Shown: in pieces, positions 9,685-20,121 of the stretch
Numbering within the stretch: position 1 is the stretch's first letter
Layout: each line of letters opens with the position of its first letter
DNA from: Armatimonadota bacterium
GTDB lineage: Bacteria > Armatimonadota > Fimbriimonadia > Fimbriimonadales > GBS-DC
Assembly (NCBI GenBank): GCA_037445735.1
Contig: JBBIJY010000006.1
Coordinates: forward strand, 45,759-109,758
Reading direction: 5' to 3'
DNA length: 64,000 nucleotides
Made by a program: the position numbers and the translations under genes
The notes under the pieces: model-generated
The model's input: the letters and a program-made list of their open reading frames with translations, nothing else
Database searches by the model: none
What the model was told of the DNA's origin: nothing

Positions 9685-10653
9685 ATGCGACGGACAGGGT
9701 TTACCTTAATAGAGCTGCTGGTTGTTATTGCGATTATCGCGATTCTGGCGGCGATCCTGTTCCCTGTGTTTGCGCAGGCGCGGGAGATGGCGCGCCAGAT
9801 TAACTGTGGCAGCCGTTTCTATCAGGTTGCGCGTTCGGTTGTGATGTACTCTGGCGACTACGAGACCATGCAGCCGCTGACCCAGTGGTTTGCCTCGTTT
9901 GCCGGGGATCCCGAGGAGGCGGAGTGTCGGGATCGGATTCTGGCGCAGCTGCTCATGCCATATATCAAGAACTGGACGGTGTTTCGCTGCCCTTCGGATC
10001 CGCAGGCAACGGATGAGATTCTGGATGCCTGCCCCTATGATGGCGAGCCGCGTCCGCAGCGTCAGTGCGCACGCGAACATCGCTGGGCGCTCAAAACGGA
10101 CCTCGGCTACAACTATGTCTATCTGTCGCCTATCATGACGGGCAGCTATCCCAGCTCGAATGGCTGGGCGAATGTGCCTGCATCCGATGCTCGCATCAAG
10201 AACCCTGCGAGCACGATTGTGTTTGTTGATAGCCTCTGGTGGCGCGATCCGAACACCCGCCAGCCCCAGTGCGGTGGCAACTGGATTGTGATGCCGCCCT
10301 GCCGCTGGTGGTATGATGCCGCGGGCAACCGCATCGACAGCTTCACCATTGTCCGCGAGGAGTGCAGTAGTGGACGCGCCACAGGATGGTATCAATACCG
10401 CGGACAGGGCTGCAGCAATCCGCTCCCCGCCTGCTGGATGCTGGAGAACGCGCGCGGCTGGTACACCTGGATGGAGTTTGGCGGTTCCTGGCCGTGGCAC
10501 CGCTCCGAGCGGATGATGGTCGCCTTCGTCGACGGGCACTCCAAAGTGTACACACCTCGCCAGCTGGCTCAGGGCTGCGAGCTGATGTCGATGTGCCGCG
10601 GGCGTATTACCAACCCCCAGCAATATCTGTGGGACCTGGACGACTACTACTGA
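9685..10653 (+). CDS. Prepilin-type N-terminal cleavage/methylation protein, DUF1559/H-X9-DG type
   Basis: [38 protein letters not shown]...AFVDGH; strong SD. Confidence 0.92.
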   Translation: MRRTGFTLIELLVVIAIIAILAAILFPVFAQAREMARQINCGSRFYQVARSVVMYSGDYETMQPLTQWFASFAGDPEEAECRDRILAQLLMPYIKNWTVFRCPSDPQATDEILDACPYDGEPRPQRQCAREHRWALKTDLGYNYVYLSPIMTGSYPSSNGWANVPASDARIKNPASTIVFVDSLWWRDPNTRQPQCGGNWIVMPPCRWWYDAAGNRIDSFTIVREECSSGRATGWYQYRGQGCSNPLPACWMLENARGWYTWMEFGGSWPWHRSERMMVAFVDGHSKVYTPRQLAQGCELMSMCRGRITNPQQYLWDLDDYY

Positions 10654-10663
10654 GGAGACCTCT

Positions 10664-10873
10664 ATGGAAATTCCCAAACCAGTTGCCTGGGCGATTATTA
10701 TCGTGGTGGCTCTGCTGGCAATCGGCACGGCGTGGTACTTCTCTGGAGGAGGTGGTCGTGCCTCCGGGCAGGTCTCGCGCGATGCCTATCCGGAAGTGAA
10801 GGGCGAGATGCGCCTGCCCGATAGCGAACTCCAGCAGGGTCCACCACCCCTGCCAGGTGTCGGCGGGCGTTAG
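10664..10873 (+). CDS. Small single-pass membrane protein
   Basis: GAGGAG SD, N-terminal TM helix, Gly/Pro-rich tail, 10 nt after the prepilin gene. Confidence 0.75.
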   Translation: MEIPKPVAWAIIIVVALLAIGTAWYFSGGGGRASGQVSRDAYPEVKGEMRLPDSELQQGPPPLPGVGGR

Positions 10874-10961
10874 AATCGAACCGAGCCAGTAATCAGGCGT
10901 CTAAAAGCCCTGCGGGAGGTACACCCGTGCGTGTGCCTCCCTGTTGTGGCAGGTGAGTCCG

Positions 10962-12272
10962 ATGGAGAAAAAAGTGGATCAATCGTTGCAAGAGTCGCTG
11001 GAGGAGCCGTGCCCGCTGTGCGAGCGCCCATCGGGCGACTTCTGGGCGGCAGAGATGTCGCGCCGCCAGTTTCTGCGCGCGGGCTTCACGCTGGTCGCCG
11101 TCGGGCTGGCTGCCCCACCCTGGCTGGCGCAGCTCGCCCGCGCCGATGCCACCCAGCTGGTGAAGGGCAAAAAGCTGCCCAACGACCGCATCCTCGTCGT
11201 GCTGCAACTCACAGGCGGCAACGACGGGCTGAACACCGTCATCCCCTACACCGACCCGCTCTATTATCAGGCGCGCCCGACGCTGGCAATCCCCGATTCG
11301 CGCGTGCTGCCACTTGCTGACCGAATCGGGCTGCACCCTGCGCTGGAGGGTCTCAAAGCGCTCTATGAACAGCGCGTGGTCGCTATCCTGCAGGGCGTGG
11401 GCTATCCGAACCCAAACCGCTCACACTTCCGCTCGATGGAGATCTGGCAGACCGCCGATCCCGACGGCTACAGTCGCTACGGCTGGCTCGGACGCTACCT
11501 GGACACCTTAACCGATGCCGCTGCCAACCCCGTGATTGCCGTCAGCTTCACCCAGGAGCTGCCGCTGGCGTTGCAGGCGAAGCGGGTATCCGTGCCATGC
11601 TTTGCCAGCCTGGGCGACCTGCAACTGATGACGGGCGACCCCGATCTGGAGCGCACCGTGAAAGCGATTGCCCAGATGGACGCCAGACCCACCAGCGCCA
11701 CACGCCTTATCCGCGAATCGACGCGCACCGCGCTGGAAGCCGTTGAGCGACTGCGTGAAGCCGTGCGCAACTACCGCTCGCAGGTGGAATACCCGAACGA
11801 CCCGTTCGGACAGGGTCTCAAGCAGGCAGCCCAGCTGATTGCCACCTCGCCCCAGACGCGCATCCTCTATGTGTCGGTGAACGGCTTCGACACGCACGCA
11901 GCGCAGGCACGCACGCACGAGCAACTGCTCCAGCGGTTCGGCAACGCCGTGCGCGCCTTCTATCAGGATCTGGAAGGGCAGGGCAAGGCAGATAAGGTGC
12001 TGCTGATGGTCTTCTCGGAGTTCGGACGGCGCGTGCGCGAGAACGGCAGCGCGGGCACCGACCACGGCGCCGCCGCCCCCATGTTCCTCATCGGCAAGCA
12101 GGTCAAAGGCGGGCTGTACGGCGAGCCGCCTAACCTGCGTGAACTGGACAATAACGGCGACATCCGCATGCAGACCGACTTCCGCAGCGCGTACGCCACC
12201 GTGCTGGAATGGCTCGGCGGCGATCCCGAAAAGGTGCTGGGTAAGGCATTCCGACCTGTGCCCGTGATCTGA
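10962..12272 (+). CDS. DUF1501 family protein with Tat signal
   Basis: SRRQFLR, GGNDGLN, NRSHF, GFDTH, SEFGRR, GTDHG. Confidence 0.9.
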   Translation: MEKKVDQSLQESLEEPCPLCERPSGDFWAAEMSRRQFLRAGFTLVAVGLAAPPWLAQLARADATQLVKGKKLPNDRILVVLQLTGGNDGLNTVIPYTDPLYYQARPTLAIPDSRVLPLADRIGLHPALEGLKALYEQRVVAILQGVGYPNPNRSHFRSMEIWQTADPDGYSRYGWLGRYLDTLTDAAANPVIAVSFTQELPLALQAKRVSVPCFASLGDLQLMTGDPDLERTVKAIAQMDARPTSATRLIRESTRTALEAVERLREAVRNYRSQVEYPNDPFGQGLKQAAQLIATSPQTRILYVSVNGFDTHAAQARTHEQLLQRFGNAVRAFYQDLEGQGKADKVLLMVFSEFGRRVRENGSAGTDHGAAAPMFLIGKQVKGGLYGEPPNLRELDNNGDIRMQTDFRSAYATVLEWLGGDPEKVLGKAFRPVPVI

Positions 12273-12292
12273 AATCGGGTACAACTGTCCTG

Positions 12293-13288
12293 ATGAACGC
12301 CACCTACGAACAGGTGCGGGACTATGCAGGCTGGCTTGACCTGAGCGATTGGGGGCTGGTGCAGGTGGTGGGCAGCGACCGTCAGCGGTTCCTGCAAGCG
12401 CAGACGACCAACGACCTGCGCCCGCTCCAGAACGGCACGGGCACCTACACCGCCTTCTGCACGCCCACGGGACACCTGCTCTCCGACGCCTATGTGCTGG
12501 ACGACGGCGAAGGCTACCTGCTGATGCTTCCACCCCTCACCTTCGGCACGATGCTGGAACGGCTCAGCGGGCTGATTATTCTGGACGATGTGGAACTGAT
12601 CCCGTTGCAGGAAGGGCTGGGCGTGATCAGCCTTCAGGGCGGGCAGGCGTCGGAAGTGCTGGAAGAACTGGGGCTGGAACCACCGCCCGAAGGCGAACTG
12701 CGCCACCAGAATCGGCTCTGGCAATCGGTCGAAGTGCGCATCGTGCGCTGCCAGCGCACCCGCTGGGGCGGCTATGACCTATGGCTGCCCTTCGAAGCGC
12801 ACGAGGAGCTGAAGAGCGCCCTCGTCGCGACTGGCGCATTACCCATCTCGCCCGAACTCTATGAGGTGCTGCGCTACGAGGCAGGCATCCCGCTCTATGG
12901 CGTCGATATGGACGAACGCACCCTCGCTGCCGAGATGGGCGCGGCGTTTGAGGCGAAATATATTTCCTACACCAAAGGCTGCTACACGGGTCAGGAGGTG
13001 CTGATGCGCATTAAGGCGCGGGGGCACACCAATCGCACCTGGGTGCCATTGCGTATCGAGGGTGAGACCATCCCGCCGCGCGGCACTCTGCTCGCTGCGC
13101 CGGACCGACCCGACGCAGGCTGGCTCACAGGCGCCGTGCGCTCGCCCGCGCTGGGGAACGCCATCCTGGGCTGGGGCTTCGTGCGCAACGCCTATATCGA
13201 ACCCGGCACCCATCTCCAGACCGCCACCGAACCACCCCAGTTAACCACCGTCATTCGCATCGAAGACCTGCACACCCCACAGGTATAA
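12293..13288 (+). CDS. YgfZ/GcvT-like folate-binding protein
   Basis: KGCYTGQE signature; GcvT-like N-terminus. Confidence 0.9.
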   Translation: MNATYEQVRDYAGWLDLSDWGLVQVVGSDRQRFLQAQTTNDLRPLQNGTGTYTAFCTPTGHLLSDAYVLDDGEGYLLMLPPLTFGTMLERLSGLIILDDVELIPLQEGLGVISLQGGQASEVLEELGLEPPPEGELRHQNRLWQSVEVRIVRCQRTRWGGYDLWLPFEAHEELKSALVATGALPISPELYEVLRYEAGIPLYGVDMDERTLAAEMGAAFEAKYISYTKGCYTGQEVLMRIKARGHTNRTWVPLRIEGETIPPRGTLLAAPDRPDAGWLTGAVRSPALGNAILGWGFVRNAYIEPGTHLQTATEPPQLTTVIRIEDLHTPQV

Positions 13289-13297
13289 TCTCTGGCG

Positions 13298-14263
13298 ATG
13301 CAACAGGAGGGAAAGGCGATGACTGCACGAGCGATTGGCACTCTACTATTCGGCTGGCTATTAGCGATTGGCTGTCTGGCGCAACAAACCCCGGCGACCG
13401 CGCCATCCAGTTCGGCGACCAGTTTCCAGTACAAATTCCGCCCTGACCAGCAGGAACGCTATCAGGTAACGGTCGAGATGAATGGGAACTTACCCATTCC
13501 GGGGGCTGCGGGCGCAGCGGGCATTCTCAAAATGACGCTCGGGATCGCGGTGAAGGTCACCAAAGCGGAGGAGCAGCAGGCGACGGTCCAAACCTCGCTG
13601 GATGCTTTTAATGCGGAGTTTAATGGCTCGCCCTTCCCCGTGAGCCTCGAAATGGCAAAGAGTTTCATTCCCGACAGCACTGCGACCGTCTCGCCCCGCG
13701 GCAAGCTGAGCGGTCTGCAGGGCAGCGGTCTGATGGGTGCGCCCCTGCCAGGTTTTGACCCGCGCAACCTGGCAACCCTGCTGTTCCCCATCGAACTGCC
13801 GGAAAGCTCGCTCACAACCGGCACCACATGGCAGTTCACCCGCACTTTTGGGGAGGGCAATAGCGCTCTGCGTCTTCCTATCACCGCCCGTTTTGAGGGG
13901 TTCGAGGAAGTGGAGGGCGTCAAACTGCTCAAGATCACCGAGAGCTTCAACCTGCCCATCGAACTCTATCAGGACGCTTTCTACCAGACTGTGAGCGATA
14001 AGGAGCAGGCGGTGCGAGTCACGCGCGGCGAGGTTAAGGGCACGGGCACAGTCTGGCTCCATCCCGACGACGGCGTTCTGCAAAAGATGACGCTCAACGC
14101 CTCGCTCAATCAGACCAGCGAACCCATCAAGAAGGATGGCTCGGAGGTCAAGGACTACGAGCGTGAGAGCAGCCAGCTGACCCTTACCCTGAACGCCACG
14201 CGCCAGAAAGCCAATACAACTGGCGAAACCAGGGCCCAACCGAGCGAGACCAGATCCAACTGA
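13298..14263 (+). CDS. Exported beta-rich hypothetical protein
   Basis: Signal peptide and a long ORF filling the gap; alternative start 13319 has a GGAGG SD. Confidence 0.75.
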   Translation: MQQEGKAMTARAIGTLLFGWLLAIGCLAQQTPATAPSSSATSFQYKFRPDQQERYQVTVEMNGNLPIPGAAGAAGILKMTLGIAVKVTKAEEQQATVQTSLDAFNAEFNGSPFPVSLEMAKSFIPDSTATVSPRGKLSGLQGSGLMGAPLPGFDPRNLATLLFPIELPESSLTTGTTWQFTRTFGEGNSALRLPITARFEGFEEVEGVKLLKITESFNLPIELYQDAFYQTVSDKEQAVRVTRGEVKGTGTVWLHPDDGVLQKMTLNASLNQTSEPIKKDGSEVKDYERESSQLTLTLNATRQKANTTGETRAQPSETRSN

Positions 14264-14311
14264 CCCGCTGCAGGGGGATCGATTCACGGTTCCCCTGCGC
14301 CTCACCCTGCG

Positions 14312-15890
14312 ATGGCTCGACTTGCGTACGGTTCATTCCTGATAGCGTCCATCGCCTTCACCGCCTACCTGCTGTTCTGGCTGATCGAGGATGTGAGCGT
14401 GCTGGTGGCGCGCATGCCCGATGACGCCTTTTACTACCTCAAGATTGCCCGCCATATCGCTGAAGGCAAGGGCGCCACTTTCGATGGGATTCACCCGACG
14501 AACGGCTTCCAGCCCCTCTGGATGTTATTTTTGCTGCCGCTGGCGTATCTGGGGCGTTCCCTTTCACTGGAGGCGTTCCACCGACTGGCGATGGTCTACC
14601 AGCTGATGCTCTATCTGGGTGGTCTCGGATTACTTAATCGGGCGCTGGCATCCCACCTGGAGACGGCACCACGATTATGGATGACGGCACTGGCATTGAG
14701 CACAGGCATTCCGCTCTTTCTGCGCGGGATGGAACCCGTTGCGGTCTGGCTTGCGTTTTGCCTGCTAATAGCGTGGCTCTCGCGCCAGCCTGACCTGCCC
14801 CTGCTGGCGCGAGAGCCAGTGGTTCGTGCTGGGCGCTTTGCTGGGGATGCTCTTTCTGGCGCGGCTCGATATGGTGTTCGTGATTATTGCTGCGCTGGTG
14901 CTCCTGGGGTGGGTGGGACGGGCACAACCGCTGGCAATCCGCAGTCGCCAGTTCGCCTGGCTGCTGCTGGGTCTCGCATGCGTTGCAGCGCCCTATCTGC
15001 TCCACAACGCGATTCAGTCTGGAGATATAGTGCCTGTTAGCGGGCGGCTGAAAAGCGCATTCCCGCAGGTTGCCCTTTTCAGTCACGGCGTGCCACCAAT
15101 CCCCGCGATTGCAACGGCGGGCATGCTGGTCAGCCTGGCTGCCAGCCTCTGGCTGTGGCAATGTGCCCGTTCAAGGGATAACCTGACCGTGCTGTTGATG
15201 GGCTGGAGTATCGGAAACCTCCTGCACTGGCTGCACACGCTCCTGTTTATGAAGTGGGGCATTCTGGTCTCTCATTTTGCTTCCTACTGGGTGCCGTTGA
15301 TTGGCGTGGCGCCGCTGTTGCTGAAAGCATCGGCACAGAGCCAGCGCTTCTGGCAGGGCTGGCTGGTTGGGCTGGGCGTGATGGCGGCTTTAATCTGGGC
15401 ATGGCACGATGTGCACGCCTGCTATCGCCTTCGGTTCCTTTCGCCAGTTCACTGGCGCACCAGTATGTATAACGCCGCGCTCTGGGCAAGACAGCACACC
15501 CCGCTTGACGCCGTGTTCGGTATGACCGATTCGGGCATCTTCGGCTACTACTCCGGACGCACCGTGATTAATCTGGACGGTGTGGTGAACAATCGCGAAT
15601 ATCAGCAATATCTGTATCGTCGCCAGCTCGGGGAGTATCTGCGTCGCAATCGGGTTCAGTACCTGGTGGTGTATGTGGTGCCCGATTTACCCCGTTTTCC
15701 GACGCCCAGCCAGCAGGGTGCACGATACGCCGATGTCTATCGGGGCGCCTATCGCGCCTTTCGGTTCTGTGCCCACGCCCGCATGTACGGCGACATCCCC
15801 AGCGATGAGATTATCCTCTATCGCCCAAACGAAGTGTACCGCGAGCGCCACATCAGAGGCATGCTCATCATCTGGCGGATAAGCGAATAG
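14312..15890 (+). pseudogene. GT-C fold membrane glycosyltransferase, frameshifted near 14800-14820
   Basis: DDAFYY and TNGFQPLW in ORF 14312-15040; ARLD, DSGIFGYYS and NLDG continue in overlapping ORF 14826-15890. Confidence 0.75.
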
Positions 15891-15905
15891 CGGGATCGGG
15901 ACAAG

Positions 15906-16880
15906 TCAGCACCCTGCACCGAAGTTGAACAGCACCAGCAGCAGGTCAGCGTCGTCCACCAGCCCGTCGCGATTGAGGTCGGAGGCAGGGTCGGTGCTGC
16001 CGAAGGCAAACAATACCAGTAGCAGGTCGGCATCGTCCACGCAGCCGTCGCCGTTCGCATCGCCGTCCCGCGCCGGCACCCAGCCCAGTGCGGTCGGCAT
16101 CAACCCCGCGGGATAGCCCACATCGGTGAGCCGCGTCACCAGCGTCGCCACAGCGGTCGCCGCGCCATCATCCACCTGCAATCGCCAGAGCGCGGCTTCG
16201 GTCGCCGATGCCGTTGCTAAATAGAGCGTGCCATCCGATGCATCCAGCGCCAGTCCGCCCAGCTCATGATCAGCAGGCAGCCCCTGCAGGTCATACTCGG
16301 TGAACTCATAGAAGGGCTGATCCGCCATCAGCTGCAGGCGCAAGAAGCCGCGGCGCACCGTGCCGTAGAGCGTGTCGCCGACCCACTCGATACCCACCAC
16401 ATTCGCCACAGAGATGCCGGCGCCGCTGGCGACATAGGCTTCCAGCATCTCGCCATCAGGGCTGTGGGCAAACACCATTCCAAACGCGGGAAAGGCGGTC
16501 TGCGGTGCTGACCGCCAGAGTATCCCGCGCCCAAAAGCACCATCTCTCAGCTGGCGCCCACCCAGCAGGCATTCACAGTTCTGATAGGCGCCCACCTCAC
16601 GAATCGCCCCCGTGTACGGGTTCGCTTTCGCCAATAGCAGCTGATCAAATGCCCCAATGTAGAGAAAGGTGCCATCAAACGCCAGATGATTGTAGTCGGC
16701 GCTGGGTCTGATCCCCGCAACGCTGGCGGGTGAGACCGTGCGATCGATCGCGCCCGTGCGCAAATTATAGCGATAGAGGCTTGCTGTGCCTGTGCCCGCA
16801 CCGGACAGCCACAGATAGCCGTCCGCCTGCATGCTCGCGATCAGCATCAGCCATCCAAGCAGATTCGTCCCCATTCGCAT
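15906..16880 (-). CDS. Exported beta-propeller-like protein with C-terminal dockerin-like module
   Basis: Hydrophobic N-terminus; two DxNxDG.VDDADLL.VLF.FG repeats; start uncertain (16880-16895). Confidence 0.8.
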   Translation of the reverse strand: MRMGTNLLGWLMLIASMQADGYLWLSGAGTGTASLYRYNLRTGAIDRTVSPASVAGIRPSADYNHLAFDGTFLYIGAFDQLLLAKANPYTGAIREVGAYQNCECLLGGRQLRDGAFGRGILWRSAPQTAFPAFGMVFAHSPDGEMLEAYVASGAGISVANVVGIEWVGDTLYGTVRRGFLRLQLMADQPFYEFTEYDLQGLPADHELGGLALDASDGTLYLATASATEAALWRLQVDDGAATAVATLVTRLTDVGYPAGLMPTALGWVPARDGDANGDGCVDDADLLLVLFAFGSTDPASDLNRDGLVDDADLLLVLFNFGAGC

Positions 16881-16934
16881 GGCACTCATCTCCATCCCTA
16901 TTATAGCCCACAATGGGGTATACTACGGCTGGAG

Positions 16935-17537
16935 ATGATGTTTATGCGGAGATTGCGGATTGTGATTGCGGACGACGAGCCGATTATCCTGCTCGACCTG
17001 CGCCAGATGCTGGAAGAGCTGGGCTACTCGGTCGTTGCCGAAGCCAGCACGGGCGCGCAGGCAGTGGAGATGGTGCGCAAGTTCAAGCCCGATCTGGCGA
17101 TTCTCGATATCAAGATGCCGGAGATGGACGGCATCGAGGCGGCACGCATCCTGCACGAGGAGAAGCTCGCGCCCGTGCTGCTGCTGACCGCCTACAGCGA
17201 TAGCGACCTCATCCAGCGGGCGAAGCAAGCAGGCGTCTACGGCTACCTCGTCAAGCCCTTCAAACAGGCGGACCTCACGCCCGCCATCGAAATCGCCCTC
17301 TCCCGCTACCGCGACACGCTCGAACTGGAGCATCAGGTGCAGGACCTCAAAGAGACGCTCGAAACCCGCAAACTGATTGAACGCGCCAAAGGCATCCTGA
17401 TGGACACCTACGGACTGCGCGAGCAGGAAGCCTATCGGCGCATCCAGGTGCAGAGCATGAACACGCGCAAGAGCATGCGCGAAATCGCCGAAGCGATTAT
17501 CATCGCGCACACCATTCAGCAAAATCCTGAACGATGA
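16935..17537 (+). CDS. Response regulator with REC and ANTAR domains (PdtaR/NasT-like)
   Basis: IADDE, LDIKMP, KPF; ANTAR RKLIERAKGILM...SMNTRKSMREIAEAII. Confidence 0.93.
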   Translation: MMFMRRLRIVIADDEPIILLDLRQMLEELGYSVVAEASTGAQAVEMVRKFKPDLAILDIKMPEMDGIEAARILHEEKLAPVLLLTAYSDSDLIQRAKQAGVYGYLVKPFKQADLTPAIEIALSRYRDTLELEHQVQDLKETLETRKLIERAKGILMDTYGLREQEAYRRIQVQSMNTRKSMREIAEAIIIAHTIQQNPER

Positions 17538-18439
17538 AGCTTTCGGTCATCACCGACGAGATCGATACCGACCTGGAGCGTGCGCTGGAGGTGGTTCGGG
17601 CGTTCCCGATTCAGCAGGTGGAACTGCGCACGCTCTGGGGTGTCAACATCGCCCAGGCGGATGGTGCAACGCTGGAACGGGCTGCGCGACTGCTGCGCCA
17701 GGCAGGGCTGGGCGTCTGCTCCATCGCCTCCCCGGTGTTCAAGACCGACCTGTTTGGCACGCGGGAGCGCGGCGCTTTGCACGGCGCGTCCGATTCGCCC
17801 CTTGAGGAGCATTTCAGGTTGCTGGAGCGCTGCCTGCAGATTGCGAATCGTTTCGAGGCGCCGCTGGTGCGCATCTTCGCTTTCTGGCGGGCAGGCGAAC
17901 TGACGTCCGAACGCGAAGCGCGCATCGGCGCGGTGCTGGAACAGGCGCTGCCGCTTGCTGAACGCGCGGGCGTCGTGCTGGGACTGGAAAACGAGCACAG
18001 CTGTCAGGTCGGCACCGGCGCGGAACTGGCGCGTATCCTGCAAAAACTCCCCTCGAAATGGCTCAAAGCGGTGTGGGACCCTGGCAACGCCCTCATTCTG
18101 GGCGAATCGGCAGCCGACGGCTATGCCGCCGTTCAGCCATGGGTGGCGCATATCCATGTGAAAGACGGCATACGCGAGCCTGATGGCACGGTCCGCTGGG
18201 TGCCGATCGGCGAGGGCGAAATCGGCTATCAGCAGCATCTGCAGCAAATCGCCCGGAGCGGCTATAACGGCTTTATCGCGCTGGAAACCCATGCCCGCAT
18301 CGAGGGCTGGAGCCAGGCAGAGGTCTCCCGCCGCTGCCTGCAAACGCTTCAGCAACTCATCGCTTCCATGTCCCAGCCGAACGCTAAGGAGGTTGTGCCA
18401 TGTCGGGAATCTCGATACGAACCTTTCGGAACCTGTTGA
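17534..18439 (+). CDS. Sugar phosphate isomerase/epimerase (AP endonuclease 2 TIM barrel)
   Basis: ITDEI, LENE, WDPGN, HIHVKD, LETH. Confidence 0.88.
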   Translation: MKLSVITDEIDTDLERALEVVRAFPIQQVELRTLWGVNIAQADGATLERAARLLRQAGLGVCSIASPVFKTDLFGTRERGALHGASDSPLEEHFRLLERCLQIANRFEAPLVRIFAFWRAGELTSEREARIGAVLEQALPLAERAGVVLGLENEHSCQVGTGAELARILQKLPSKWLKAVWDPGNALILGESAADGYAAVQPWVAHIHVKDGIREPDGTVRWVPIGEGEIGYQQHLQQIARSGYNGFIALETHARIEGWSQAEVSRRCLQTLQQLIASMSQPNAKEVVPCRESRYEPFGTC

Positions 18440-20121
18440 GAAATAAGGCGCTGCGTGCGATCGGCTTCACGGTTGCCGGGCTGGTCGCGCTCAGTATGGT
18501 GGTCTTCTTCGCTTACATTCCCCCGATGGGGCTGAATAGCGCTCAGCGGGGTGGTACATCCACGGGTGGTCAGGTGGTGCTGCAGGTGGGCGACTACAAA
18601 GTCACCGAAGGCGAGCTGGAGCAATATATTCAGTTTATCCAGCAGGGGCGGGAACCCGACACGATCAGCGACCAGCTGAGCCAGCGCTATAACATGCTCA
18701 CCCTGCTGGGCAATCAGCTCGCGCTGGTCGCTCATCTGGAGAAGCTGGGCTTTCGCGCCTCCGACGATGAGGTGGAAGCCGTCAAACAGGAGTATCTCAA
18801 GCAGCAACGCGACATTCTGCGCTCCCAGCTGCTGCCCAACGGCAAAGGCTCCGACCGCGATCTGGATCGTGCCCTCAAGGAGCGTGGCTCCTCGCTCAGG
18901 CGCTTCGAAGAAGAGACGCTCGCCCGCGTGCCTGAAATCATGTTCCGCATCGAGGCGACCCAGGCTAAATACACCAGGAGCCTGCGCGAGAAGTATAACC
19001 CGACCGATGAGCAGCTGCGCCTGATGTTCGAGAACATCTTCCTGTCGCGCATCTTCATCTCGCAGGAGAAGCACAGGGAGAAAGCGCCGACGCGCGCGCA
19101 GGAGGCGTATAACCAGCTCAAGGCGGGCAAGCCGTTCGCGGAGGTCGTCCGCCTCTATTCCGACGATCCGGGCTTCATCACCGGGCGCGGCGGCGCCATC
19201 CCCGGCAGCGACTATTACAGCATTCAGGACCAGCTGAACACGATCCTGCGCCCTGAAGATGTGAGCGGCGTGCTGGCGCTCAAACCCGGCGCCTTCACCC
19301 CGCCCCTGCGCGACAGGGAGAACCGCGGCTACTACATCTTCACCCTCACGAAACGCCAGCTGCAGCTGCCCGGCGACTTCGAGAAAGAGAAGGCGAAGTA
19401 TCGGGATCAGTTCATCGCCGGGCGTGTGCAGAGGGAGCAGGGGCGCGCCTATATGCAGGCAATGCAGGCGTTCAAACCCCAGATCAAAGACCCGCTCCTT
19501 CAGCAATACGAGAAATGGCTGGGCGCGCGGGTCAAGCGTCCCGATGAACAGCTGAAAGAGCTGGAACAGATCGATAAGGCGCTGACCCCGCTGGTTGCCA
19601 GCGCGACGCCGACCACCCGCATGGCACAGTGGCTCCAGATTCAGGTGCTGGCGAGCCTGCGTGGGCTGGCAAAGAAAACCGACGCGCAGAAAGCCAAACT
19701 CTACACCGAGCGCCTGCTGGCTGCGCTGAACGGCTTCTTCTCCGACGGCGGCGAGGATGTCTCCCTGCGCATGATGCGGGCAGAACTGCTGATCGAGCTG
19801 GGTCAGAAGGCACAGGCTCTCGACGACCTGGAGATCGCGCAACGGCTTGCCTGGCGACCCGACGCCTTCGAAACGCTCTATCGCATCGCCGACCTCTACA
19901 AAAAGGCGGGGCGCATCGATCTCGCCCAGCAAACGAACCAGCTGGCAGACGAGCGCAAGAAACAGTTCGATGAGATGCGCAAAGCGCAGGAGGAAGCTAT
20001 CCGCCGCCAGCTGGAAGCGTTCCGCAAGCAGCAGGAAGCCCAGCAGAAACAACAGCCAGCCCAGCAAAAACAACAGGAGACCCAGCAAAACCAGCCAGCC
20101 CAGCAAAGGCAACAGCGCTAA
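18400..20121 (+). CDS. SurA/PrsA-like parvulin peptidyl-prolyl isomerase with TPR-like region and Gln-rich tail
   Basis: N-terminal TM; GKPFAEVVRLYSDDP...GG rotamase motif. Confidence 0.75.
   Translation: MSGISIRTFRNLLRNKALRAIGFTVAGLVALSMVVFFAYIPPMGLNSAQRGGTSTGGQVVLQVGDYKVTEGELEQYIQFIQQGREPDTISDQLSQRYNMLTLLGNQLALVAHLEKLGFRASDDEVEAVKQEYLKQQRDILRSQLLPNGKGSDRDLDRALKERGSSLRRFEEETLARVPEIMFRIEATQAKYTRSLREKYNPTDEQLRLMFENIFLSRIFISQEKHREKAPTRAQEAYNQLKAGKPFAEVVRLYSDDPGFITGRGGAIPGSDYYSIQDQLNTILRPEDVSGVLALKPGAFTPPLRDRENRGYYIFTLTKRQLQLPGDFEKEKAKYRDQFIAGRVQREQGRAYMQAMQAFKPQIKDPLLQQYEKWLGARVKRPDEQLKELEQIDKALTPLVASATPTTRMAQWLQIQVLASLRGLAKKTDAQKAKLYTERLLAALNGFFSDGGEDVSLRMMRAELLIELGQKAQALDDLEIAQRLAWRPDAFETLYRIADLYKKAGRIDLAQQTNQLADERKKQFDEMRKAQEEAIRRQLEAFRKQQEAQQKQQPAQQKQQETQQNQPAQQRQQR

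Noticed and set aside
16935-17537. ANTAR dual-hairpin target RNA in the window
   Set aside because: No convincing pair of hexaloop hairpins with the conserved A1/G4 was found by eye.
20020-20121. Gln-rich CAG/CAA tail as a contingency repeat
   Set aside because: Imperfect, in-frame, low-complexity coding tail without a pure tandem tract.
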